Below, piece by piece: positions 9,392 through 18,341 of a stretch of DNA of 64,000 nucleotides (positions are counted from its first letter, which is position 1; each line of letters starts with the position of its first letter). Source of the stretch: Candidatus Anderseniibacteriota bacterium (GTDB lineage Bacteria; Patescibacteriota; Andersenbacteria; UBA10190); the NCBI GenBank assembly GCA_021414205.1, contig JAIOOW010000003.1, positions 128,048 through 192,047 of the forward strand, given 5' to 3'. The notes below the pieces were generated by a model. The model had not been told where the DNA came from. It did not search any database and saw only the letters and a program-made list of their open reading frames with translations. Made by a program: the position numbers and the translations under genes.

Positions 9392-9700
9392 ATGCACACA
9401 CAAGATTTTATAAACGAAATGAAAGCAAGGCTGGAGAGCGAAAAGGCTCTTATGCTAGGAGAGTTGAGCGAGGATTCTAGTTTCCCGGACTATGGTCGCA
9501 ATGACGAAGATAATGCAACGGAGGTTGAAAATTATCAGTCCATGAGTGCTGTAACGTCGGCAGCAAAGGAACGCCTTGATGAGGTTGAGGATGCACTTAA
9601 TCGTATAAGCGCTGGCACATACGGTGTAACGGAGTCTGGGGAGATGATTCCGGAAAATCGATTGAGGGCAAATCCTGCAGCCACGACACTTGTTGTATAA
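9392..9700 (+). CDS. DksA/TraR-family protein lacking the C4 zinc-finger cysteines
   Basis: 102 aa. C-terminal region GTYGVTESGEMIPENRLRANPAATTLV aligns with the DksA [27 protein letters not shown] region but every Cys is substituted. Position directly upstream of lspA mirrors B. subtilis ylyA-lspA. Confidence 0.65.
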   Translation: MHTQDFINEMKARLESEKALMLGELSEDSSFPDYGRNDEDNATEVENYQSMSAVTSAAKERLDEVEDALNRISAGTYGVTESGEMIPENRLRANPAATTLVV

Positions 9701-10106
9701 AAAGGCTGTACTATATTTTATATTTTTTTTAACGAGTATTCGCTCTATTGAGGCGATTGCTCGTTTTTTTGTAGATGCAAGTAATAGAAACCCTGGGATT
9801 GCTTTTGCGTTGCCAGTTCATGCACTTTTTCTATATGCACTTGTATTCTTTGCATCAGGAAGCCTTGCGATAATCCTGTGGCGTCTTAACTCTCGATATT
9901 TTATTGCCCCTATTATGCTTATGCTCGCAGCAGGAGGTAGTAATATGATTGATCGTGTTATATATGGAGCTGTTATTGATCCGATTAGTATTGGAAGCTG
10001 GCAAGGAAACGTTGCTGACATTGCGTTATGTTGTGGCGTTTTTTGGATTGCGTGGGGTATGATAAAGAATAGAGACGTTACACGATCGCATGCCAGCACA
10101 CATTAA
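9690..10106 (+). CDS. lspA: Lipoprotein signal peptidase (signal peptidase II)
   Basis: 138 aa, four predicted TMs. Conserved LspA motifs GGSNMIDRVIYGAVIDPI and NVADIAL (the catalytic Asp region). Confidence 0.85.
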   Translation: MLYKKAVLYFIFFLTSIRSIEAIARFFVDASNRNPGIAFALPVHALFLYALVFFASGSLAIILWRLNSRYFIAPIMLMLAAGGSNMIDRVIYGAVIDPISIGSWQGNVADIALCCGVFWIAWGMIKNRDVTRSHASTH

Positions 10107-11637
10107 ATCTGCAGCAGTATTTGGAATAGACGCATTGTGCGTCGATGTTGAGGTCGATGTATTGCAGGGATTGCCCAGCTTCACGCTCGTCGGGTTAACA
10201 GATAAGGCGATTCAAGAATCTCGAGAGCGCATGATCGCCGCTCTTACGAATTCTGGGTATACGCCCCCTAGGAGAAAAACCATTGTTTCTCTTGCTCCTG
10301 CAAGCCTGAAGAAAGAAGGTTCTTTGTATGATGTTCCTATTACGATAGGGTTTTTGTGCGCGAGCGGACAAGTGCGGGTAGAGAAAGATATTCTAGAATC
10401 TTCTTGGTTGATTGGCGAGCTGGGGTTGGACGGTAGTATTCGTTTTGTGCACGGAGCGCTGCCTATAGCTCTTGCTGCAATCAGGAGCGGGGTAAAGCGA
10501 TTGTATCTTCCGAAGGATAATGAGAGAGAAATTGCGGAGATTGCCGATCAAGTAGAAATTTATTCCGTAGATTCGTTGAGTCAGCTTGTATCCAGTCTTA
10601 CTGACAATACTGTGCAGCCGTATATGGCAGGCGATTGGGATGGCGCTTCTGTGGAAAAAGATGAAGTAAAGCCAGAGATAGATATGGATGAGATTCGCGG
10701 ACAAGAGCATGCAAAGCGCGCGCTCGTTATCTGTGCAGCGGGCGGTCATAACGGGTTATTGATTGGACCGCCGGGTACTGGCAAGACATTGCTTGCGCGC
10801 GCTATGGTTGGAATATTGCCTCAGTTAAGCAGAGAAGAGTCGTTTACGGTTACATCAATTTATTCAATAGCGGGGCTATTGCAAGGTGGGGACGGTTTAA
10901 TGAAGCGAAGGCCATTTCGCAGCCCGCATCACGGCGCTTCAAGTGCCGCATTGGTAGGAGGGGGTACGATGCCGAAGCCCGGAGAAGTAACGCTTGCGCA
11001 TCACGGCGTGCTATTTCTAGATGAGCTCCCCGAATTTCCAAGAACTGTTTTAGAGCAATTACGCGCACCTATTGAAGACGGCATGGTTACTGTTTCGCGC
11101 GCCGCACATACGGTTAGATTTCCTGCACGAGCAATGCTTGTTGCGGCGATGAATCCTTGCCCATGCGGTTTTGTGGGAAGTCAGAGGAAATCGTGTACAT
11201 GCTCAGCTAATGACATTATTCGCTACCAGCGAAGAATATCCGGCCCAATGCTGGATCGATTCGATTTGCATGTATTGGTGAACGATGTCCCCGCAGAAGA
11301 GTTATTGTCGAATGAGCGATCGGGGATGTCCTCGCGAGAATATGCCTTGCATGTGAAAGGGGCGCGCGAAAGGCAGTGGCAACGACAAGGAAAGGTAAAT
11401 GCTGAATTGCGACCAAGTGAACTTTTGGAATATTGCGTCTTGAATCCGGAGAGCAGATCGCTCCTTATTAAAGCGCAAAATAGATTTAAGCTTTCATCAC
11501 GTGGGCTTCATAGATTATTAAAAGTAGCTCTTACGATTGCGGATTTGGAAGGAGTGGACCGCATTGCGGTAAAGCATTTGGCGGAAGCGCTGCAGTATCG
11601 AGAACAACTTGCAACTGCGCTTCCTGACTTCGTATAG
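10090..11637 (+). CDS. comM: YifB/ComM-family Mg-chelatase-like AAA+ ATPase
   Basis: 515 aa. N-terminal Lon-like/ChlI N domain (AAVFGIDALCVDVEVDV, LPSFTLVGL), Walker A GPPGTGKT, and C-terminal Mg-chelatase subunit ChlI C domain. Confidence 0.9.
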   Translation: MPAHIKSAAVFGIDALCVDVEVDVLQGLPSFTLVGLTDKAIQESRERMIAALTNSGYTPPRRKTIVSLAPASLKKEGSLYDVPITIGFLCASGQVRVEKDILESSWLIGELGLDGSIRFVHGALPIALAAIRSGVKRLYLPKDNEREIAEIADQVEIYSVDSLSQLVSSLTDNTVQPYMAGDWDGASVEKDEVKPEIDMDEIRGQEHAKRALVICAAGGHNGLLIGPPGTGKTLLARAMVGILPQLSREESFTVTSIYSIAGLLQGGDGLMKRRPFRSPHHGASSAALVGGGTMPKPGEVTLAHHGVLFLDELPEFPRTVLEQLRAPIEDGMVTVSRAAHTVRFPARAMLVAAMNPCPCGFVGSQRKSCTCSANDIIRYQRRISGPMLDRFDLHVLVNDVPAEELLSNERSGMSSREYALHVKGARERQWQRQGKVNAELRPSELLEYCVLNPESRSLLIKAQNRFKLSSRGLHRLLKVALTIADLEGVDRIAVKHLAEALQYREQLATALPDFV

Positions 11638-11671
11638 ATACCTATGGTAATATAGTGGTAATCAGCTCTTT

Positions 11672-12565
11672 ATGATAAATAAAAGATCCCCACACACTAT
11701 TATTCACTCCTTTTTATACGGAGCGGCATCCGTGCTCTTTGCAGCAAATTTGTATTTTCTCGTCCGCTCATTATTTGCAGGAGATTTTTTCCCCGTTCTT
11801 CCTTTGGCGGTAGGAATATGTATTGCTGGGGGGTTGGTTATTATTTTATTCGCGGAAGGAAAATCGCGAGAGGAGGACAAGAAGGAACATCGAAGGTTAT
11901 CTCGAGTAGCAACGCAGCTGGAACAGCCGATTATGTCATTAGAAGAAGATATTGCGTATCTGGTTCGTGAATCGGAATCAATGCCGGCAGAACTTCGTTT
12001 AAAATTAAAACGCATGGATACGAGAACAAAAGTTCTTTTGGAGAATGTACGGGACGTCTTTTTAACCATTCGTGCTGGGCAAGGCCCTATTGCGCAAGAA
12101 AAGCGCGTATATGATACATGTACTATTGTTAATGATGTTGTAGAAAAGTTGCGACCACTGGCTATCGCGCGGAATGTTGAGATATTGCAAAAAATGCATT
12201 GCGAAGATGCACCAGTAAAAGTAGACAAGAGCTTGTTAGTGATCGCTTTGACTCATCTTATCGAAAATGGAATTTTGTATACAATTACTCCCGGATTAGT
12301 GAATGTGGCTGTATTAAAAGGTAAGACGCATGTTCGCATCGTCATTCAAGATAGAGGGGTTGGTTTGAAGCAAGATGATGTCATGAGCGTATTTACTCCA
12401 TTTGCCCGCGGTAGCTATGCCAATCAATACGATGCAGACGGTATCGGAGTTGGAGTTTCGTTATCTCGAATGATAGCTCGTGAGTTTGGCGGGAATCTCG
12501 CCTTTAAGCAGCGCAAAGACTCGTCTGGACTCGAATTTGAATTGAAATTGCCATTGGCGAGATAG
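11672..12565 (+). CDS. Membrane-anchored histidine-kinase-like ATPase (HATPase_c domain; H-box not obvious)
   Basis: Two N-terminal TMs. C-terminal G1/G2-box-like region DRGVGLKQDDVMSVFTPFARG...GIGVGVSLSRMIAREFGGNLAFK. No clear phospho-acceptor His motif. Confidence 0.55.
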   Translation: MINKRSPHTIIHSFLYGAASVLFAANLYFLVRSLFAGDFFPVLPLAVGICIAGGLVIILFAEGKSREEDKKEHRRLSRVATQLEQPIMSLEEDIAYLVRESESMPAELRLKLKRMDTRTKVLLENVRDVFLTIRAGQGPIAQEKRVYDTCTIVNDVVEKLRPLAIARNVEILQKMHCEDAPVKVDKSLLVIALTHLIENGILYTITPGLVNVAVLKGKTHVRIVIQDRGVGLKQDDVMSVFTPFARGSYANQYDADGIGVGVSLSRMIAREFGGNLAFKQRKDSSGLEFELKLPLAR

Positions 12566-12574
12566 CTTACTTAT

Positions 12575-12650
12575 TGGTGCACTCGGAGGGACTCGAACCC
12601 CCGGCCCTCTGGTCCGAAGCCAGATGCTCTATCCGCTGAGCTACGAGTGC
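12575..12650 (-). tRNA. tRNA-Arg (anticodon TCG), CCA encoded
   Basis: Reverse complement GCACTCGTAGCTCAGCGGATAGAGCATCTGGCTTCGGACCAGAGGGCCGGGGGTTCGAGTCCCTCCGAGTGCACCA folds as a cloverleaf. Anticodon loop CTTCGGA. Confidence 0.85.
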
Positions 12651-12653
12651 GTG

Positions 12654-13187
12654 TTATGATATTCCAGTATTTTTACTATATTGTCCAGTTTTTTCTAGGA
12701 TATTTGATAGCAGGATGCCCGTTGCAGTTGCGACGTTATGTGAATTGCCAAGACCTAATATGGGGATTTCTATAAAAGTGTCTGCTAATTCAAGTAATTC
12801 TTTTTGAACGCCGAACCGCTCATGCCCGACAATTAAAATGGTTGGCAGTGTGTAGTTTGCTTCAAAATAGGGAATGCTTGTAGTTGTTTGCTCGAGAGCT
12901 ACTACGCAGTATCCTTCTGTTTTTTTATTTTTTATAAACTCAACGGGGTTTTCCTCATGAATCCATGGTTGATATGGCAGGGAGTAGACTGCAGTTTTGG
13001 TAATTCTGTCTGTATGTCGCTTAATGATGCTTTTGTGGCGAGTATCGTCAGAAGCTTGTGGATATCCAGTATATCCTGCCAATACAAGCAATTCTGCTCG
13101 CGCAAGCTCGCATAATCGAAATAGCAGTCCCACATTATCAAGGCTCCGAATATTATCCGCAATAACGATAATGGGTGTTCTTGGCAT
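12654..13187 (-). CDS. SpoU/TrmH-family RNA 2'-O-methyltransferase (SPOUT)
   Basis: Motifs IIVIADNIRSLDNVGLLFRLCE, IVGHERFGV and NSHNVATATGILL typical of TrmH/SpoU. The ORF track extends to 13253 but that would abut tRNA-His, so the internal Met MPRTPIIV is the preferred start. Confidence 0.8.
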   Translation of the reverse strand: MPRTPIIVIADNIRSLDNVGLLFRLCELARAELLVLAGYTGYPQASDDTRHKSIIKRHTDRITKTAVYSLPYQPWIHEENPVEFIKNKKTEGYCVVALEQTTTSIPYFEANYTLPTILIVGHERFGVQKELLELADTFIEIPILGLGNSHNVATATGILLSNILEKTGQYSKNTGIS

Positions 13188-13255
13188 GGTAGCAAGCGCT
13201 TCCGGTGTTGGTCGTTCTGCAATAAGCTCTTTTGTTGTCTTTTTGTCTGTCAAAG

Positions 13256-13327
13256 GGCGGCTAGAGGGGATCGAACCCTCGTCGCCGGGACCACAACCCG
13301 GAGCTTTGCCATTAAGCTATAGCCGCC
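13256..13327 (-). tRNA. tRNA-His (anticodon GTG) with encoded G-1, no encoded CCA
   Basis: Reverse complement GGCGGCTATAGCTTAATGGCAAAGCTCCGGGTTGTGGTCCCGGCGACGAGGGTTCGATCCCCTCTAGCCGCC. An extra 5' G pairs with discriminator C73, the His identity element. Anticodon loop TTGTGGT. Confidence 0.85.
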
Positions 13328-13394
13328 ATATTCACCTTCAGCGAAGTCGAAGGGTGCTCGCAATATAGCACAATTTGTGCTAAAAACAAGAAAC

Positions 13395-13467
13395 GCACTC
13401 GTAGCTCAGCGGATAGAGCAAAGGGTTTCTAACCCTTGGGTCGTAGGTTCGATTCCTACCGAGTGCA
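13395..13467 (+). tRNA. tRNA-Arg (anticodon TCT)
   Basis: GCACTCGTAGCTCAGCGGATAGAGCAAAGGGTTTCTAACCCTTGGGTCGTAGGTTCGATTCCTACCGAGTGCA. The 5' half is identical to the tRNA-Arg(TCG) at 12575-12650. Confidence 0.85.
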
Positions 13468-13488
13468 CTTTGCATTATAATTACCCGT

Positions 13489-14703
13489 ATGTTTTTAGAC
13501 ACATTTATTGTCTCGAGATTAAAAAAGCACTGGAATGGGCCAGTATTTACCCTTATTTCTAACGGGAAAGAGGCGAAAATTGGTAACGGAGAAGGAAATC
13601 TGAAAGTAATTCTAAAAGGGCAGTATACGCTTGATAAGATTGCCTTATCGCCGTCTCTTGGGTTCGGAGAAGCATATATGAGCGGAGAAGCCGTTGTAGA
13701 GGGAGACATTATGGCATTGTTTCAAGGATTTCAGCAAAGTCCCTATATCGTCCCCGGGTTTGTACGGACAATAAGGCGATGGCTTCGATTTTTGCCTATC
13801 TCTATTTCCAGCGGCGTAAACAATGCTCAGCACCATTATGATATTGGGAACGATTTTTATGGATTGTGGCTCGATACCACTCGAACATACACGTGCGCAT
13901 ATTTTCTCCACGACGACGATAGTCTGGAGGATGCACAGTATCAGAAAAATGATTTAGTCTGCAAAAAAATCCGTCTCGAGAAAGGAATGACGATGCTCGA
14001 TATCGGATGCGGGTGGGGAGGAGCATTATTTCATGCGGCATTGTATTATGGCGCAAATGTAACCGGGGTGACTCCGGCAAAAGAGCAGGCAACATTTATT
14101 TTAGATAAGGCAAAAAAGCTTGGTATTGAAGATCGGGTGCATGTAATCGTGGAGGACTGGAGGGAATTGCAGAAATTACCGATGAACACGAAATTTGATC
14201 GCATTATTAGCATTGGTATGTTCGAGCATGTGGGGCGTGCGCAGTTCGCTCGTTTCTTCGCATTATGGAAGCGACTATTAAGTGACGAGGGTGTTTCGCT
14301 TCTGCATACTATCGGGGCAACAAACGATGAAAATTCAGGACAGGATCCATGGATTCAAAAATATATATTCCCGGGAGGGTATATCCCATTATTGCGAGAA
14401 ATTATCGCAGGCGCATCCCATGTTCATTTGCAGGTCGTTGATTGCGAGAATTTGTGGCAGCACTACGCAAAAACACTTCATCATTGGAATGCCAACGTAG
14501 AAAGTCATAAAAACGAAGTCGTTGATATGTTTGATGAGCAGTTTTACAGAATGTGGACATTGTATTTACAGAGCTGCGAAGCCGGCTTTGCGTGGGGAGA
14601 CTTGCAATTATTTCAAACTGTGTTGCTTGGAAAAGATGCTGTTTGGCCGCTCAATAGGGAGGTTGGGGCTGAGCGCATAAAAAAGATTGACAAAACAGTG
14701 TAA
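13489..14703 (+). CDS. cfa: Cyclopropane-fatty-acyl-phospholipid synthase family (CMAS) SAM-dependent methyltransferase
   Basis: 404 aa. Strong colinear similarity to E. coli Cfa: LDIGCGWGG, FDRIISIGMFEHVG, LLHTIG...DPWIQKYIFPGGYIP, YLQSCEAGF. Confidence 0.85.
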   Translation: MFLDTFIVSRLKKHWNGPVFTLISNGKEAKIGNGEGNLKVILKGQYTLDKIALSPSLGFGEAYMSGEAVVEGDIMALFQGFQQSPYIVPGFVRTIRRWLRFLPISISSGVNNAQHHYDIGNDFYGLWLDTTRTYTCAYFLHDDDSLEDAQYQKNDLVCKKIRLEKGMTMLDIGCGWGGALFHAALYYGANVTGVTPAKEQATFILDKAKKLGIEDRVHVIVEDWRELQKLPMNTKFDRIISIGMFEHVGRAQFARFFALWKRLLSDEGVSLLHTIGATNDENSGQDPWIQKYIFPGGYIPLLREIIAGASHVHLQVVDCENLWQHYAKTLHHWNANVESHKNEVVDMFDEQFYRMWTLYLQSCEAGFAWGDLQLFQTVLLGKDAVWPLNREVGAERIKKIDKTV

Positions 14704-14860
14704 AAGGGCATAATACAGATAGTTTGATCTTTTGTGTACCTTTTTTCTATCTAACTAAATATCATTAGTTTGCCTTGCAGTCCGTGCGAGGCCAGCTATG
14801 TAGCCAGATAGCCCGGATTCTCTTTTGAGGGTCCTTTTCTTTTTCCTGTACGATACATGC

Positions 14861-16936
14861 ATGGCTATTACCTTGGCATCGCCAATTACAGAATTAAACG
14901 GCATTGGGCCTGCGCGGGCAAAGACGCTGGAAAAACTTGGTATTACACATGTGCGTGATTTTTTATTTACATTTCCGAGAAAATACGAAGATTTTTCAAA
15001 CCATATTTCTATTAAAGATGCTGAAATAGGGAAGACAGCAACGTTTTTTGGGGAAGTAGTGAGCGTAAAAAGCAGTAATGGTTTTTACGGTAAGCGAAGA
15101 CTGTATCGCATTTATGTTGATATAGATGATGGAACGGGGATTGTGCATTGCACATGGTTTAATTTGAGATTCTTAGAGCAAAAGCTTCGCATTGGCACAA
15201 AGCTGTATGTTGCAGGAACTGCTGAAACATCAAAAATACAATCCGGAAAATATATGGGTAATAAAGATGTTGCCATGCGGTCGCCGGCATTTGAGCTTCC
15301 AAGTAGTTCCGACGATCAAATCCATACTGCGTCTATTGTTCCTATATACAGTGAGACATCGGGAGTTTCCTCGCGATTTATTAGGTACCAAGTAAAACAA
15401 TGTATGAGTGCTCTTGCAGGTATGCAGGAGTACATGCCGAAAGATATCATTAAGAGAAATAACTTGGTATCTATCCAAGACGCAATTAGGATTTCTCATT
15501 TTCCTGCAAGCAATGAGGAGCTCGAGCAGGCAAAGCACCGTCTGCAGTTTGATGAGTTGTTTTTCTTGCAGCTTGCATCGCTTGTGCGAAAAAATCATAT
15601 GCAGCATGCAACGTCGTATACGTGCGACGGTTCCGATGCTGATATGGAAGATGCGGTACAAGTAATTCCTTTTGAATTAACGAATGCACAAAAGCGGGTC
15701 ATACAAGAAATTCGCAAAGATATGGCGAATATCCATCCAATGAACAGGTTGTTGCAAGGAGATGTTGGTTCAGGTAAAAGCGCAGTTGCTCTCATCGCTG
15801 CAACTATTGCCTTGAAGAGCGATAAGAAAGTGCTGTACTTGGCTCCGACGGAAATACTTGCTCGCCAACAATATGCATCGTTTAAAAAAATGCTTTCGTA
15901 TCCCGTAAAATTATTAATAGGGGAAACGAAGAAACGGGAGCGCGAAGAAATAGCCGGCATGCTCATGAGTAATGATCCGTGCTGCATTATCGGTACGCAC
16001 GCGTTATTACAGCAATCAATTACGGCAAAGAATGTTGGGCTGGCAATTATCGATGAACAGCATCGGTTCGGGGTAGCACAGCGGAAAAAATTACTATCGG
16101 TTGAAGAGGGAATTGTTCCTCATTTACTTTCCATGACGGCAACTCCAATTCCTCGGACGCTGAGCCTTACGGTGTATGGCGATTTAGATGTATCGGTATT
16201 AGATGAGCTTCCAAAAGGCAGAAAGAAAATTACAACACGAATTGTATTTGGAAAAGAAAAAGATGATGCGATTATCCACATGCTCGAAGAACTTCATGCT
16301 GGGCGACAAGCATATATTATTGCTCCGTTAGTGGAAGATTCAGAAAAAAAAGCGCTCAAATCTGCCACTGCGGCGTATAAGGAAATACAAAAAGTATTTC
16401 CTGGGATTGCTGTTGGATTATTGCATGGGCAGATGGCATCTGCTGAGAAAGAATCGGTGATGAATAATTTTACTGCAGGAGCAATTCAGGTGCTTGTATC
16501 AACTGCTGTTGTGGAGGTTGGGGTTAACGTCCCGAACGCAACTATTATGATGATTGAAGGGGCGGAACGATTTGGATTATCGCAGCTGCATCAGTTTCGT
16601 GGGCGTATTGGAAGAGGCGAGCATGCATCAACCTGTTATGTTGTTCCAACAACAGAGCAGATGATCGCAAGTCAGCGATTACAAACGTTTGCACAGGTTA
16701 GCGATGGGTTTGAAATCGCTGAGGCAGATTTGCAGTTGCGCGGACCGGGCGAAGTGTATGGGAAGGAGCAATCGGGATTTGGAAATTTGAAGGTTGCGTC
16801 GCTTTTGGATTACAAAACAATTTCGCTTGCGCGCGATGAGGCAAAGTCAGTGCTGCAAGAGGATCCAAGTCTTGATGCACATACAGTGTTCCGAAAAAAG
16901 GTGGAGCAGAAGAATGCGCTTATTCATTTCGAATAA
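14861..16936 (+). CDS. recG: ATP-dependent DNA helicase RecG
   Basis: Wedge domain N-terminus. Helicase motif I DVGSGKSAVAL, DEQHRFGV, and C-terminal motifs QLHQFRGRIGRG. ORF track starts at 14825; the ATG at 14861 is more likely. Confidence 0.9.
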   Translation: MAITLASPITELNGIGPARAKTLEKLGITHVRDFLFTFPRKYEDFSNHISIKDAEIGKTATFFGEVVSVKSSNGFYGKRRLYRIYVDIDDGTGIVHCTWFNLRFLEQKLRIGTKLYVAGTAETSKIQSGKYMGNKDVAMRSPAFELPSSSDDQIHTASIVPIYSETSGVSSRFIRYQVKQCMSALAGMQEYMPKDIIKRNNLVSIQDAIRISHFPASNEELEQAKHRLQFDELFFLQLASLVRKNHMQHATSYTCDGSDADMEDAVQVIPFELTNAQKRVIQEIRKDMANIHPMNRLLQGDVGSGKSAVALIAATIALKSDKKVLYLAPTEILARQQYASFKKMLSYPVKLLIGETKKREREEIAGMLMSNDPCCIIGTHALLQQSITAKNVGLAIIDEQHRFGVAQRKKLLSVEEGIVPHLLSMTATPIPRTLSLTVYGDLDVSVLDELPKGRKKITTRIVFGKEKDDAIIHMLEELHAGRQAYIIAPLVEDSEKKALKSATAAYKEIQKVFPGIAVGLLHGQMASAEKESVMNNFTAGAIQVLVSTAVVEVGVNVPNATIMMIEGAERFGLSQLHQFRGRIGRGEHASTCYVVPTTEQMIASQRLQTFAQVSDGFEIAEADLQLRGPGEVYGKEQSGFGNLKVASLLDYKTISLARDEAKSVLQEDPSLDAHTVFRKKVEQKNALIHFE

Positions 16937-17469
16937 AGGTATCGCCAGGGAAGTAGCGCATCTTCTTTTGCATACGCCACTCCGATGCGCGGAGTTGCAA
17001 TAATGGCATTGCTTAGAACTTTGAAACCGTCGTCCGCAATGAAAAGTTCGCTTGAAGTTGTAAGATCGTGATCATTATATGTTCTATCAATAGAAAATTC
17101 TCTGCAAATTTTTCCCGGGCCATTTGTTTTTGAAAAAATATTTTTAACCGGCTCGCATGCGCGAATTAAGATTGCTGCAGGAAAGTTTTCCACTTCTGTC
17201 ACAACGTTCAAGCAATAATACATTCCGTAAATCATATACACATACGCATGCCCTGCCTCACCGTACATAATTTCAGTGCGTTTTGTTTTCCCTTTTGATG
17301 CATGTGATGCTCTATCATCTTCTCCGACGTAACATTCCACTTCGCAAATTCTTCCGATCAAATTATTGCCATCTTTTTTTCGAATTAATAATTTTCCGAG
17401 AAGATCTTTTGCCACAACGTGCGTGTTTCGATTGTAGAAATTTCGTGGCAGGGGAGTGGGGAGTGGCAT
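16924..17469 (-). CDS. mpg: DNA-3-methyladenine glycosylase (Mpg/AAG family)
   Basis: 181 aa. Conserved AAG-family core CEVECYVGEDDRASHASKGKT.RTE.MYGEAGHAYVYMIYGMYYCLNVV. Confidence 0.85.
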   Translation of the reverse strand: MPLPTPLPRNFYNRNTHVVAKDLLGKLLIRKKDGNNLIGRICEVECYVGEDDRASHASKGKTKRTEIMYGEAGHAYVYMIYGMYYCLNVVTEVENFPAAILIRACEPVKNIFSKTNGPGKICREFSIDRTYNDHDLTTSSELFIADDGFKVLSNAIIATPRIGVAYAKEDALLPWRYLYSK

Positions 17470-17489
17470 ATACTGTACTGTAGTATCCT

Positions 17490-18011
17490 ATGTCTATTTT
17501 GCAATTAAGTATTTCATCATTGCTTCTGTATTTGCCCGCGATGACTGCGAACATGGCACCTGTATTTGCTGCAAAGTACAATGTAATTACATGGCTTAAT
17601 AGACCATTGGATTTTGGAATTCGCTTGCGAGGAATTCGCGTGCTTGGATCGCATAAAACGATTCGCGGAATTATTGTTGCGGTGTTTGCAGGGGCTATAA
17701 CAGGAGGAATAGAAGCTGCAGTATTACATCAAAAAATTTCATTCGGATTTTTTATCGGCGCAGTGTTAGGCTTCGGCGCAATTGCGGGCGATGCAATAAA
17801 AAGTTTTTTCAAAAGAAGATTGCGCATTGTACCGGGATCATTATGGATTCCGTTTGATCAAATAGATTTTGTGATCGGTGCAACGGTTGCAGGAATATTT
17901 TTTGTACCAATTTCATTTCCAATATTTCTATTTGCAATATTTTTTATTGGATGTGCATCGTATGTTGTAAGTTATATCGGAATTGCACTTCATTTTAAGA
18001 AAAGTTTGTGA
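17490..18011 (+). CDS. CDP-archaeol synthase-like (CarS/DUF46 family) integral membrane cytidylyltransferase homologue
   Basis: 173 aa, about 5 TMs. Motifs PAMTANMAPVF and GSHKTIRGIIVAVFAG resemble the archaeal CarS motifs ANSAPV and GDGKTWRG. Confidence 0.55.
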   Translation: MSILQLSISSLLLYLPAMTANMAPVFAAKYNVITWLNRPLDFGIRLRGIRVLGSHKTIRGIIVAVFAGAITGGIEAAVLHQKISFGFFIGAVLGFGAIAGDAIKSFFKRRLRIVPGSLWIPFDQIDFVIGATVAGIFFVPISFPIFLFAIFFIGCASYVVSYIGIALHFKKSL

Positions 18012-18117
18012 TATAGTTTTTATACAAAACGAATTATGAATGAAATGTTTAATGGAGGGGAAACAGATCATCGCAACACGCGAAGTTGTGTTGCATTCGG
18101 GAGAGGAGGTGGTACCT

Positions 18118-18285
18118 ATGCCAGCTAAGAAAAAAGCTACAAAGAAGCGAGTAGCAAAGAAGACTGTTAAAAAGACAGTAAAGCGAAAGAAAGCTGTTAA
18201 GAAAACAGTAAAGAGAAAGAAAGCAGTAAAGAAGACAGCAAAGAGAAAGACTGCTAAGAAGTCCACCTCTAAGAAACGAAAGTAA
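18118..18285 (+). CDS. Lysine-rich histone H1-like nucleoid protein (KKAxKKTxK repeats)
   Basis: MPAKKKATKKRVAKKTVKKTVKRKKAVKKTVKRKKAVKKTAKRKTAKKSTSKKRK. Strong SD GGAGAGGAGGTGG lies 6 nt before this ATG. The track start at 18040 is probably wrong. Confidence 0.7.
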   Translation: MPAKKKATKKRVAKKTVKKTVKRKKAVKKTVKRKKAVKKTAKRKTAKKSTSKKRK

Positions 18286-18304
18286 GTATAGGAGGGTAGA
18301 AAAA

Positions 18305-18334
18305 ATACTCCCGCATCTGCGGGAGTATTTTTAT
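18305..18334. terminator. Bidirectional rho-independent terminator between convergent genes
   Basis: Perfect 10-bp stem ATACTCCCGC-atct-GCGGGAGTAT, flanked by an A-run upstream and a T-run downstream. Confidence 0.8.
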
Positions 18335-18341
18335 TGGCTTG

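Noticed and set aside
13380-13709. 109-aa minus-strand ORF
   Set aside because: Overlaps tRNA-Arg(TCT) and the 5' end of the cfa gene; no RBS or motif.
18040-18117. N-terminal 26 aa of the histone-like ORF as called in the track
   Set aside because: A strong SD (GGAGAGGAGGTGG) sits inside this region 6 nt before the MPAKKK start, so the upstream part is more likely 5'UTR.
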